The notes below the pieces were generated by a model, which searched no databases, had not been told where the DNA came from, and was given only the letters and a program-made list of their open reading frames with translations. Below are positions 18,454-28,614 of a DNA stretch of 64,000 nucleotides, in pieces. Made by a program: the position numbers and the translations under genes. Source of the stretch: Candidatus Latescibacterota bacterium (GTDB lineage Bacteria; Latescibacterota; UBA2968; UBA8231); assembly GCA_965223905.1 (NCBI GenBank), contig CBDCXV010000011.1, positions 352,001-416,000 of the forward strand. Direction: 5' to 3'. Numbering within the stretch: the first letter of the stretch is position 1; every line of letters begins with the position of its first letter.

Positions 18454-19723
18454 GGTACGGTCCAGGTACATGGTTTACAGATCAGTCCAGGTACATGGTT
18501 TACAGTTTCGCCCACCTTTGGGCACCTCAAGGAGGTGCTCACATGCCCTGGAACGAAACCTCAGCCATGGACCAACGAATGCATTTCATCGCCGATTACC
18601 TCGAGGACTTCTTCCCCTTTTCCGAGCTGTGCCGTCGCTACGGCATCAGCCGTCCCACCGGCTACAAGTGGGTGCAGCGGTATGTCGACGCAGGCGCTGC
18701 CGGCTTGATGGCGCAGTCGCGTAGACCGGTCCGTTGCCCGCACGCTACGTCTTCCGACCTCGTAGAGGCGATTCTCGGGCGCGCCGCACACACCCGACGT
18801 GGGGGGCCAAGAAGCTGCTGGCGCTCCTCTGGCGATCGCAGCCGCATCGCCCCTGGCCGGCACGCACACCGTCTGCGACATCCTCAAACGCCATGGCCTG
18901 GTGCCGACGCCGCGGACGCGGCGCCGGCCGGGCTCTGCGGGCAAACCCCAGGCGGCCCTGAGCGCGCCCAATCACGTCTGGACCGCCGACTTCAAGGGGC
19001 AGTTCAAGACCCTGGATGGCCGCTACTGCTACCCGCTGACCGTCGTCGACGGCTACAGCCGCTTCCTGCTGGGGTGCCAAGCCCTCGACGCGCCCCAGGG
19101 GCAACTGAGCCGGCCGGTCTTCCACCGGCTCTTCCGCACCTACGGCCTGCCCCGCATCCTCCGCACCGACAACGGCGCCCCCTTCGCCTCCTCCCAGGCG
19201 CTGGGACGGCTCTCCCAACTGTCGGTCTGGTGGATCCGGCTCGGCATCTTGCCCGAGCGCATCCAGCCCGGCTGCCCGCAGCAGAATGGGCGCCACGAAC
19301 GCCTGCATGGCACGCTCAAGCGGGAGGCGACGATTCCCCCCGCCGCGTCCCGCTTCGGACAGCAATACCGCTTTACCCGCTTCCGTCACGAATACAACCA
19401 GGAACGACCCCACGAGGCCTTGGGACAAAAACCTCCGGTCGAGTTCTACCAGCCTTCGCCACGTCCTTTTCCCGGAAAGCTGCCGCCCCTACACTACCCT
19501 GCGCACTGGGAAGTTCGCCTGGTCAGTACTAACGGAGGCATCCGATGGAAGACCCATCGAGTAGCCGTCAGTAACGCCTTGCGTCAACAACCCATCGGCT
19601 TGGAACCCATTGACGACGGAGTCTGGGAGGTGTGGTTCGGTCCCCTTAGACTGGGTCGCATGGACGAACGACAGCTCACCATCACCGACGCTTTGGCTAA
19701 AGCCGCTCGCCGGAAACTGTACA
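18454..19723 (+). mobile_element. IS481-family element with a frameshifted transposase (starts at 18543)
   Basis: MPWNETSAMDQR..., WTADFKG, RTDNGAPF, QQNGRHER spread over three frames; left-end repeats ccaggtacatggtttacag x2; collapsed right end aaactgtaca. Confidence 0.9.
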
Positions 19724-19824
19724 CCACAGACCCAACGGTCGCCGTCCCCGTCACGCATGTCGATGTACGCCGGATGATCTTGGGGCACCGGGGCGATCCC
19801 GTGCCTTCTGACCTCAGCCTACGT
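19723..19824 (-). pseudogene. Excalibur-like Ca-binding domain remnant
   Basis: T*AEVRRHGIAPVPQDHPAYIDMRDGDGDRWVC, with a stop codon at the expected first Cys. Confidence 0.55.
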
Positions 19825-19877
19825 GAAAGCCACGACGATGTTGTGCCGGACACAAGGCGCCTTGTCAGACGTTGGCG

Positions 19878-20369
19878 TCAAGTACCAAGAAACTCATCGA
19901 ATTCCCGTTTTGCCTCTGTAACCGCCCAATCTTCGCAGGCATGGGCAGCCTGGGCGGTCGGCTCATTTCGATCTGTGGGAACCGATAGACCGAGCTGACG
20001 AAGTGAAAATTCAACCGCCTTTCGAAGCCGTGATGCCTCCCACATCCATTCCTCGGAGTTTAGATACAATATAGGCATCGAAGTTACTTCTCCCCGGCCG
20101 GCAAGCACCTTCAACAACAGGTCTCGTGATGCGTTGCGCCGGTGGCACTCAAGTCCGATCTCGTAGCGGAGCATCTCGTCACGGTAACGTTCCACCCGCT
20201 CTTGGACCAACAACCGTTGATCCGTTGTCAGTCCCACAGTTTCCCTGGGGCAGAGGATCCCCCGCTTTCCTTTGCTTCGCCGAGTCCACTGCACTACTCC
20301 AAAAAAGACAGCTATTCCAACGGAAAGAACACCCGCTATACCAACGAATACAGTGGTTGCATCAGGCAT
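19878..20369 (-). CDS. Hypothetical protein with an N-terminal transmembrane helix, third gene of the dynamin operon
   Basis: VFVGIAGVLSVGIAVFFGVV; overlaps the stop of the dynamin gene. Confidence 0.6.
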   Translation of the reverse strand: MPDATTVFVGIAGVLSVGIAVFFGVVQWTRRSKGKRGILCPRETVGLTTDQRLLVQERVERYRDEMLRYEIGLECHRRNASRDLLLKVLAGRGEVTSMPILYLNSEEWMWEASRLRKAVEFSLRQLGLSVPTDRNEPTAQAAHACEDWAVTEAKREFDEFLGT

Positions 20370-22341
20370 TCACATCCTCTTCGTACTCGACTTGAAGATT
20401 TTGGACTTCCAGTTTCCGTTTCTCCAGTTCCCGTAGTTTCTTCCTGAGTTGCACTTCTTGTTCTTTGTCCACCAAGTCACCCTTCTCCAGATCATCAAGC
20501 AGTTCTCTCCTTCGTTCAAGGATTTCACGGCAGCTATTCTCCATCGATTGAAGCGCCTCTTCGCCGAGTTTATTCAACTCTCGTCTTGTGTGTTCAGGTA
20601 GGTTGCGCAGAGCTTCTCCAAGGATACTTTCCAGTTCAGGCTTCAGGCGCTCAACCGCAGCCTCCCGCCCGGCGTCTGTATTGAAAATGCGCTGCCACCA
20701 TTTAGTTGCTTCATCAACAACCTTATTAAGAGAATCTCGATCAAGATCCTTTATTAGTCTGTCTTCTGCGTCCTTGCAGATGGTCCGGGAACTGACAGGT
20801 AGCAGATAAACCCTGGGTACGCGGACACCGAGGCCACTTGCCAAGAGTGTGTCAGAAAGCTGGTTTTCCGCATTGTTTAGCACCGTCTCCATCTGATTCA
20901 CCAAGACACGAATTCCCTTTGCCAGAATTATCCGTTCCTTATACAGCGCATCTTGGAGACCCCAGCGCGCTTGTCCTTCCAAGTTACGGATGTTCCCCAC
21001 TGTTCTGATTATCTCGGTAATCCTTCGAGAGACGTTGTCGCTTATCGCAATAATACTGTCATCCAAGATACTATGGAACTTGTCGAGTTCATTTTGGAAT
21101 CCAATCCTTGAGTTCCTGATATGTAAAGAAATGGAAGCGATACTATCGTTCACTTTCTTTCGTTCATTAGCCCGATCCGCATTGGAAGCGTTCACGGCAT
21201 CGATGTTGCTCCTCAAGACGTCCTCATCCTGCGAAAGTCGTGAAGCAACGCGCTCAAAGACGCTGTCCAACCGGCGTTGATGGACTTGGATGATACCGCT
21301 TCCTCTGATGTCGATTATTCGTTGCTCAACGAGGGCACGGAGTTTCTCCAAGCCATGTAGTTCGGGTTCCAAGTAGCCCTTGGCAGACAGTTTCCCTGCA
21401 TACCATTTCATATCCTCGCATAGCGGAAGTCCGGTCTGTTGCATTCCCGAAATGAGTGCCCCAAGGCCGCTGACGAGCACGATCTGATCGTCATCACCGA
21501 GGAGATTATTCATCCTCAAGTCGTCACTGTTCTGGATCTTCAGGATGTGATTCCAAATGGCCTCGGTATTGGGTTGTTGATCGCACTTGTTGACCGCGAT
21601 GATACGCCGACGGGGGTCAATGTGCGCCAAATGTTCATCGATGAACTTTACGTCCGAATCGGTTATTGCTTGTCCCGCAAAGGTCACGTACACCACCGCA
21701 TCGGCCTGCTGAATCCATTCCCGGGTGATCCTGTCACGCTCCGGATTCGGATCATCGGTCCCAGGTGTGTCTGCTACTGTAACCTGATGGAGCCACGGTC
21801 GATCTGCCCATAGTCGCACCAACTTGACATAAACGCTGAATATCCCTCCTTCATTGCAGACGGCCGCAAATTTGCCGAGCCCTTGAAGACCCTCTTCGGG
21901 CAGTACCCGAGCAGGTTCGGTAAGGATTTCGATTTCCTTGATACCTGCGGCGCCAGCAGTCTCTCGTGCCTCGGCAAGCTCTTCCTCTGCCAGAGTATCT
22001 GAGCTGCATGCATCCTTCACTTGTTGAAACTCGTCAGGTGTGTACAACGTAGCCTCTATGCGCTCCCGCGTATCCCCTTCCATGAGTGAGATCTTTGCCG
22101 TCATGGTAGTAACGTGACTGGGAAGCACCTCTTCCTCGAAAAGGAGGGCGTTTAGAAGGGTCGACTTTCCGCTGTTCATTGAACCACAGACTGCCACGAC
22201 AAACCGGCCAGCATACAGGTTGGACTTGGAGTCGCGGAGAGCATCTATGTCGGCCTGAAAAAGTTTATCGGCTTCAATGATACGGTCGTACCACCCGCCG
22301 AGCAGTTCCTTGCGCTCCTGGTACTCTTTCAGATTCATCAT
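20362..22341 (-). CDS. Bacterial dynamin-like GTPase
   Basis: G1 GSMNSGKS, G2 T, G3 DTPG, G4 NKCD, long helical C-terminus. Confidence 0.9.
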   Translation of the reverse strand: MMNLKEYQERKELLGGWYDRIIEADKLFQADIDALRDSKSNLYAGRFVVAVCGSMNSGKSTLLNALLFEEEVLPSHVTTMTAKISLMEGDTRERIEATLYTPDEFQQVKDACSSDTLAEEELAEARETAGAAGIKEIEILTEPARVLPEEGLQGLGKFAAVCNEGGIFSVYVKLVRLWADRPWLHQVTVADTPGTDDPNPERDRITREWIQQADAVVYVTFAGQAITDSDVKFIDEHLAHIDPRRRIIAVNKCDQQPNTEAIWNHILKIQNSDDLRMNNLLGDDDQIVLVSGLGALISGMQQTGLPLCEDMKWYAGKLSAKGYLEPELHGLEKLRALVEQRIIDIRGSGIIQVHQRRLDSVFERVASRLSQDEDVLRSNIDAVNASNADRANERKKVNDSIASISLHIRNSRIGFQNELDKFHSILDDSIIAISDNVSRRITEIIRTVGNIRNLEGQARWGLQDALYKERIILAKGIRVLVNQMETVLNNAENQLSDTLLASGLGVRVPRVYLLPVSSRTICKDAEDRLIKDLDRDSLNKVVDEATKWWQRIFNTDAGREAAVERLKPELESILGEALRNLPEHTRRELNKLGEEALQSMENSCREILERRRELLDDLEKGDLVDKEQEVQLRKKLRELEKRKLEVQNLQVEYEEDVNA

Positions 22342-23768
22342 GGCGTATTCTCCTTCAATTCTTCGATGCGTCGTTGGAGCTTGGCCATTTCACCGGATCT
22401 TCCTTGGTTCTGTGACAAATTTCTTTCGAGGAAACTGATGACCGTTTCTTGTAAGCGATCAATTTCGACTTGAACAACGTGGGTGAGTGCCAAGTTCAAT
22501 TCAGGCGACAGCTGTTCATACCTATCAGATATTTCATTATAGAGTTCATCACGGGCTTCGTCGTCATCCTTGAACTCCTTACGGAAAAATCCCTTTTCTT
22601 CGACCTCCCAGCCACCATCTTTGGCACTTTCCTCAACACCTTTTTGAAAGCCACGAATCAACTTCACACATTCCTTCCTCAGTTCTTTAGCGAGTATGTT
22701 CTGAGGCGGGTCTGGAATAGTTCCGGTCAGCTTTTTCAAGAAAGACAACAGGTTTTTGTTCACATCAGATATTCGATTCCAACGATCGCGATCAGCCACT
22801 AACTTGTGCATCCTATCAAATCGGATATCGATCCTGTGAAAAGTATTAACGAAAAACCACCCCTCTTCCGTTCGTGGTGGACCCTTTATTACTATTTCAT
22901 CGATTGCTTCATTTATAATTTCATCGACTTGCTCCAATATTTGGGATTTTGACGTATCGATCCTTTCAAGTGCCTTGCTCTTGATATCGTCGGTACGGTC
23001 GCTAACTCCACTGGATTCCCTTAGCTCCTTTTGAAGAGCTTTATCCAGTTGGAAGCAAGTTTGTTGCCACTCTTTCTGGAGTTCGGTTGTACTCCGCTGA
23101 AATTGCCTTTCAAGAAGAAGGTGCCGCTCCGCCGCTACGGACCGGACCATTTCTTCGAGTTGTTCCCGGGATGCTAGGCTGCTGTCCGATGAGGCGGGTG
23201 CTTCGTACACCTCGCCGTCGATTTTCATCCTGTAGATCTCAGTTCCCATCTCCGCACTTACCTGGGCCGACATCAATGCTTCGAATGGATCTCGGCGCAT
23301 GAGCGCGTCGCGGATTCGTCGCATCGCTGCCTGGAGAGCATCGAGTGGAGCCGCATCGTCGGAGTCATCCAACCGCAAAGCAGAAATCAGGGTTACGTCA
23401 CGAAACCGATCACCATGCCGAGTCTTGCATACCCTTTTTACCTCCGTACGCTTTGTCGGGGGCGATTCTTCAGCCTTGTTGAGCAGTAAGAATATCGGAG
23501 GAGGCGGCTCCTCTTCCGTATTTTTCCGTAACCGGTCCAACTGTTTCAACAGGCTTTTCCTCGGATTGCCAATGTTTGTGTCCATTAGTACGAAGAGCGC
23601 ATCGGCTTCTGTGGCGGCAGTCTCCGTTACCCTCGTATCTTGGCTGTTGGGAGGAGGAGCGTTGAATCCCGGTGTATCAACGAGACGAATATGCTCAAGG
23701 ATGGGAGAGTTCACGTAGATGTGAAAAACGTACGGTTCTCGGTCACCCCTCTTGTCTCGACAAACCAG
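22338..23768 (-). pseudogene. Second dynamin-like GTPase, N-terminally truncated (no G1/G2)
   Basis: LVDTPGF and LLNKAE present; frame is open only back to an in-frame TAA at ~23769. Confidence 0.75.
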
Positions 23769-23888
23769 TTATGCGAAGTTAAAACCCCGCCAAAAGGGTG
23801 CACGTCCGAGCACCTTTTCAGACAGGGGCCTGGCAGGTTGGCTAATGGGCCAGGGGGATCGGGCTGGGGCGCTGCTTGCCGAGTTCGC

Positions 23889-24449
23889 TTATGGGCGATT
23901 CGACGACGTGGAGGACCTGCGCCAAACGCTGGTAGGATCGGTCGAATCGTAGTGTCGGGGAAGACTTCTCGCACCGATGCGGCTGGCTCGCTTGCGCACC
24001 GCCGCAGGGGTCCGCCTCATCTGATCGGCGAGGTCCTTCAAGCGGCTGACCCACACATACTTCCCGTCGTCGTCCAGGCACAAGAGGAAGGGGCCTTGCG
24101 TTGCGTTGAAACGCGCCGCCCGGCGTATTTCCTCGTCCTCGGCTTCGGTCCAGGGCCTGCCGCGTCCTCCGCATCGCCGTTTCGCTCTCTCCTTCGGCGG
24201 CATCGCTCTTATCCCCTTCAATAATTCCCGCAATTCGGGAGATCGGCGTGGACGGTAACTCTCGGCGCCGATACGACTGGCGCGCTTCAACACGGCCGCG
24301 TAGGACCGCCCCAACTCTTCGGCGATCTGCCTGAAACGGCCATGATACCGGCGGCGGTGCCCCCGTATCGAAATCCCCTTGGCGTTCTCCTTCGCAAGGG
24401 CGCGAAGACGATCATCTTCTTCGCGTGTCCAAATGCGACCGCGTGCCAT
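23889..24449 (-). CDS. Protein with two Myb/SANT-like HTH repeats
   Basis: WTREEDDRL...IAEELGRSYAAVLKRASRIG and WTEAEDEEI...LADQMRRTPAAVRKRASRIG. Confidence 0.65.
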   Translation of the reverse strand: MARGRIWTREEDDRLRALAKENAKGISIRGHRRRYHGRFRQIAEELGRSYAAVLKRASRIGAESYRPRRSPELRELLKGIRAMPPKERAKRRCGGRGRPWTEAEDEEIRRAARFNATQGPFLLCLDDDGKYVWVSRLKDLADQMRRTPAAVRKRASRIGARSLPRHYDSTDPTSVWRRSSTSSNRP

Positions 24450-24451
24450 TC

Positions 24452-24760
24452 TCAGACCATGGTATCGAACTCATTCCAGTAGACGATCTCCCCATCCGGG
24501 ACAGGGTCGCTGATCGGCTCCTCAACAGGCTGCGGAGGCGGAGGTGCGGGCGCCCTGGGCACCGGCGGCGTCTTCTCTTCGATGGGGTTTGACTGCTGCC
24601 GGTGCACGCCGATGCGCTGAGCACGTCGGCGCACGGCCTCGGGGGTTCGGCCGAACTCGTCGGCGAGCTGCCGAATGCGGTCCAGGTAGCCAGGATCCGA
24701 ACCGGCAATCCGGCGGATTTGTGCGTCCTCTTCCGGCGTCCAGAGGCGTCCTCGAGCCAT
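24452..24760 (-). CDS. Single Myb/SANT-like HTH protein with a Pro-rich tail
   Basis: WTPEEDAQI...LADEFGRTPEAVRRRAQRIG; paralog of the downstream gene. Confidence 0.65.
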   Translation of the reverse strand: MARGRLWTPEEDAQIRRIAGSDPGYLDRIRQLADEFGRTPEAVRRRAQRIGVHRQQSNPIEEKTPPVPRAPAPPPPQPVEEPISDPVPDGEIVYWNEFDTMV

Positions 24761-25241
24761 TGTTCACCCCTTTTTCGTGGATTTTCCTCATTCAGATCCC
24801 AATCGACGTTCGAATGGAATTATGTGATAAAGGAGAACAAGAAGTCCCATCCTGAAAACTCGGATAACTCCTTATGAAATATAGGGATAGTTTGAAATGG
24901 ATAGTATTGTCATAAGTTGGATTCGTTTCTGCGAGGGTGCCAAAAGACAGCGGGAGGATACCCCCCTGACCCGGGGGTGTCTCCATTGTTCACCTTCACC
25001 AGGGGTTCCCTTGGTTTACCTTCTTTTTCCGGATATCATCTGTTGCAAGTCGAGGGGTTATGAGAAGGATCAAGGGTTTCACCTCGGCTTTGGTGTCGGG
25101 TGCCTCCCTTCGAGCAGTTTCTTACCCCTTCTCCCCCAACCCTTCCTCACTGGAATCGCCATCGGGGCGAATCGGAAGGCGGGAATCTTCGGGAATGATC
25201 CCCCCGAACGCCCGATATGGAAGTGATTCGCTTCCCCAGAA

Positions 25242-25551
25242 GACGAACCGAGAGGGGGGGTATACAACCCCCTCTCGGTTCCGTCCCTACTAGGATCGTA
25301 GGGACGTAGGGTAGTCCCCTTTTTTTTGATCTGTTCTTGTTTTTCAACGACTTACAACAAAAACCTGAGTTTTCAGTGTGAACGTTTGGCAGGGTCAGTG
25401 TGAATGTTTGACAGGTCAGTGTGAACGATTTTGCCACTGATCGTCGAAAAAGGAGGGAAGGGCTTTAGGGTCACCCCGTAAATTGAGTTGATCTGTTGTA
25501 ATTACAATGGCTTACGATAAAAAATCAGCTCTTTTCAGCGTGAATGTTTAG
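25242..25551. repeat. Putative replication origin: hairpin plus iteron-like repeats
   Basis: gacgaaccgagaggggg...ccccctctcggttccgtc hairpin; tcagtgtgaa(c/t)g repeats at 25373, 25395, 25416 and a variant at 25535. Confidence 0.6.
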
Positions 25552-27398
25552 TCAATTTGTAGCCTGTGGATCAAGTGCGAACCCGGTAACCGACGGTCTT
25601 CTCCGCCATTCCTTCCAGCCTTTTGCAAGCGACAGCCGCGGGCGGAGGCCCGGACCGTCAAGCCACCTGGATGGTTTCGGCCTCCTTTTACTTGGCGAAG
25701 GATTTCAATCGTGTCTCCGGCAGCGGCTGGTTTGCCATCTAGGCAGAAATACCCCGCGGCGCGTATCTCTTCCACTCGCTTCTTGTAACGGTGCCGCTCC
25801 AGGCTTCTACTCCTGTAGCTCTCTTGGGTCACGTTTTCGCCCGCGAATCGAAGCAACTGCCAGTTTTTGACAAACACCTCGGGGCCGGGCCCCCCGGAGT
25901 AGACAGAGCGAAAGCAATTCGACACTCGACCCCCCATTTTTCTGGCTGCTGTCGGACCATACAGCAACGCCAATTCAAGCCCGTTCAGAGTCCGGTAAAG
26001 TCCCGCGTTCCGAATACTTCCATGGAGGCCTGGCAAACGAGCTATGGCAGCTGACAGCTTGAAGTGCATCGGGCCAGCTTTTTCTATCCACCACAGTGGG
26101 GGACCGAGCGTGGCCACGGCACCGGCTGCTTGGGCATCGAAAAGGTCATATCGCCCACCATGACGGCCGACTTTCATGTGGAGGTGCCGCATGACTTGGT
26201 GGACGGCCCAGAAACGGCGCCGGTTCGCGGGGGTATCGCGGCCTCCTACCAAAATGGCACCCACGTCTTCGGTAATTATGGCGGGGGTAGACAAGGCATA
26301 AGCAATGAGCCCAAGCCGGCAGAGGTCGCTTCTAAGTGGCGATCGATAATCCCCAAGGTCTATTTCGGATAACAAGCCAATCCATGTCCCTTGCGTCGTA
26401 TTTCCTTGCAGAGTCAATGGACCGGGAAACAGGGTTCGTTGGAGGGGAATGATTGGCTGGTAGCGCCGAACCGTGGGTCTCGAGGAAATCGATTCGGGCG
26501 ATGGAGTTGCGACCAGGTCACCCTCTTGGTCGAGTCCCTGCAGAGGTGCTTCCATCAGGCTGACTACTCCTGGGAATCGGGCCAAGATGATAGACGGCGA
26601 CTCTGGCGAACCCCTTGTCTCCTCTCTTGAAAGCAGGGTCGCCCCTACGAACGAAGGGGGAACGTCCTTCATTCGGCCGACTACCACGGCCAAGGCTGAC
26701 AATCCTGGTGCGACTGGTGTTTTCTCCAAAGCCTCGATGACCCATGCCAGTGGTCGTGCATCGGGGTACCACCGTCTGCCGAGATTGTCGAAAACCGGCC
26801 GTAGACTTCGCCGTAATGACTCATTGAACAGGTGCTTGGCGAGCTCGGCATCTTGGGGCGGCCAGGATCCTTCCGGTGTCATCTCCTCTGGCAAGAAACT
26901 GCGTACATGTTCCCATATAGCCCTGCACAGGCTTTCCCATCCAAGGGGGTGAGTAATCCAATGGGTGACAACAGGGTCAGGATCAGGATCAGGAGTAGAA
27001 ATCGAGAAGTCTATCGGTTGGCTTGGGGGTTGGCCAGGAGGTTTGTCTGGGAGTTGGGAGCGCTCCTGAATCGGCTTTCTACCTATGATTCCGGGTTCTC
27101 CCTCCCCCTCCTTCCCCCAAGTCCCAGATACTAGAAACAGACTGTCGTGCACCCGGTACCGTCCCGGCAAAGCGGGTGTTTCTACCAGCTCGATAGGAAG
27201 AAAGGGGTCCCGACAAGCGTAACGTCGGTCGTTGATCTCGCGGCCTTGCAGGCGCTCGGCTAGATCCTCGGCTTTGTCGTTTCCCGTCGCTTTCCACTCT
27301 TCCAAACGGTCAACATCTTCAAGGGCTGAACAGACCACGGCCACGGGATTTCTTTTCGCAATGTCTCGAGCGCGTTCGTTGCGCTTTTTCGCGATCAT
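25548..27398 (-). CDS. Large hypothetical protein, possible replication initiator
   Basis: Long ORF coupled (TGATG) to the helicase gene and followed by iteron-like repeats; no family recognised. Confidence 0.5.
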   Translation of the reverse strand: MIAKKRNERARDIAKRNPVAVVCSALEDVDRLEEWKATGNDKAEDLAERLQGREINDRRYACRDPFLPIELVETPALPGRYRVHDSLFLVSGTWGKEGEGEPGIIGRKPIQERSQLPDKPPGQPPSQPIDFSISTPDPDPDPVVTHWITHPLGWESLCRAIWEHVRSFLPEEMTPEGSWPPQDAELAKHLFNESLRRSLRPVFDNLGRRWYPDARPLAWVIEALEKTPVAPGLSALAVVVGRMKDVPPSFVGATLLSREETRGSPESPSIILARFPGVVSLMEAPLQGLDQEGDLVATPSPESISSRPTVRRYQPIIPLQRTLFPGPLTLQGNTTQGTWIGLLSEIDLGDYRSPLRSDLCRLGLIAYALSTPAIITEDVGAILVGGRDTPANRRRFWAVHQVMRHLHMKVGRHGGRYDLFDAQAAGAVATLGPPLWWIEKAGPMHFKLSAAIARLPGLHGSIRNAGLYRTLNGLELALLYGPTAARKMGGRVSNCFRSVYSGGPGPEVFVKNWQLLRFAGENVTQESYRSRSLERHRYKKRVEEIRAAGYFCLDGKPAAAGDTIEILRQVKGGRNHPGGLTVRASARGCRLQKAGRNGGEDRRLPGSHLIHRLQID

Positions 27399-28594
27399 CA
27401 GTCTACTTCCCAATCCTTGGGATTCTGTTTCGAGGAGGGCTTTTTTCCCTTACGACTGTTTTTTTTTCGTACTTCCTTTTGCCATTCATCTACGTCTTTC
27501 TCAGTCATCTGTTCCTTCAGTTTCAAACCAAACTCCCCGTCCTTCTTGCACTCCTTCAGGCGGGCTCCCCAACCGGTGCGGCCATAATTCGCCTTGGCAG
27601 AGAATACAACACGCTCACTTTTCGATAGCGGATCACGCGCCAATACCAGCACACCGCGGGCGGCATCGTACCACGCCGCCGAGCCGCCTGCCGGATCCGC
27701 TGCCGCCGTTTCAAAGTCCCCATGAGCTATCGCCGAACGGGTGGCTTTGGAATTGTGGGCCACAATCAGGACACCGCATCCTGCCCGTCTGGCTTCCAGA
27801 GTCGTTTTACGCAGAAAGGAACGCACTGGACCGGTTTCCGATGTAGACACGTCGGCGAGTGCGGCCGACGCCGGGTCAATAATCAACATCACTGCCTCGA
27901 TTCGACGGATCTGGTCCCACAGGTCGTCCCACTGATCTGACGGTTGACTGCTCCCTCCCCGTTCGGCTTCGGCCTGCCACAAAGGTTCCGGATCGGGCCA
28001 TAAATACAAGCCGTCGGGAACCGAGCCATGGAGTTTGAGGCGCGCCGCTATACGCTCCGGGGCATCTTCGTAGCTGACCACCCCTACCCGACCGGGTGCT
28101 ATTCGCAAGCCGCAAGCCGAGCCGAAATCTTTGCCGCTTTGAGCCGTGCAGGCCGCATGGGCCAATGCCAGCGATAAGCAAGACTTGCCGATACCACCGG
28201 CGCTGCTCAGTAGGCAGACTTCCCCCGCTGACACCACGACGTCGGCATAACGGTCTTCCGGGTTGTCACGCCACAGTATGGGGCGCGGTACTTCGGCGCC
28301 TTCCCACCCGGATGCGGGTCGCAGCAGCTGCGGCTTTTTCTTGTCAAGAAAGGCGAGCATCGCTGCCGGGTCTTCAGGGTTCTCCTTCCATACCTCGTGA
28401 GCAGCATCCAAGATCGCAGCAGTCGGGTCGGGCTCAGTCGGGCGGGGTTCCTTAGGTAGGGATACTGCCAAGGTGCGCAGTCGCTTCAGGAGTTCTGGGG
28501 CTGGGTTTTGGGGGTCATTACGGCGGGTTTCCCACTCGGTGAATAACGCGCGCGCGTTGTCTCGCCAAGGTTTGGCATTTGAGCCTTCGTTCAT
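27398..28594 (-). CDS. RepA/AAA_25-like replicative helicase
   Basis: SAGGIGKS Walker A, SYED, LIIDP Walker B, IVAHNSK. Confidence 0.8.
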   Translation of the reverse strand: MNEGSNAKPWRDNARALFTEWETRRNDPQNPAPELLKRLRTLAVSLPKEPRPTEPDPTAAILDAAHEVWKENPEDPAAMLAFLDKKKPQLLRPASGWEGAEVPRPILWRDNPEDRYADVVVSAGEVCLLSSAGGIGKSCLSLALAHAACTAQSGKDFGSACGLRIAPGRVGVVSYEDAPERIAARLKLHGSVPDGLYLWPDPEPLWQAEAERGGSSQPSDQWDDLWDQIRRIEAVMLIIDPASAALADVSTSETGPVRSFLRKTTLEARRAGCGVLIVAHNSKATRSAIAHGDFETAAADPAGGSAAWYDAARGVLVLARDPLSKSERVVFSAKANYGRTGWGARLKECKKDGEFGLKLKEQMTEKDVDEWQKEVRKKNSRKGKKPSSKQNPKDWEVD

Positions 28595-28614
28595 CTCTAA
28601 TCCCCCCTCGTTCC

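Noticed and set aside
13850-18471. Many minus-strand ORFs with repeating VYPRACGG/GLSPRMRG/SIPAHAGE peptides
   Set aside because: They are translations of the CRISPR repeat, not genes.
23754-23782. Possible IS terminal repeat at the dynamin truncation point (gtctcgacaaaccagttatgcgaagtt)
   Set aside because: No partner repeat or transposase seen in the window; cannot be supported.
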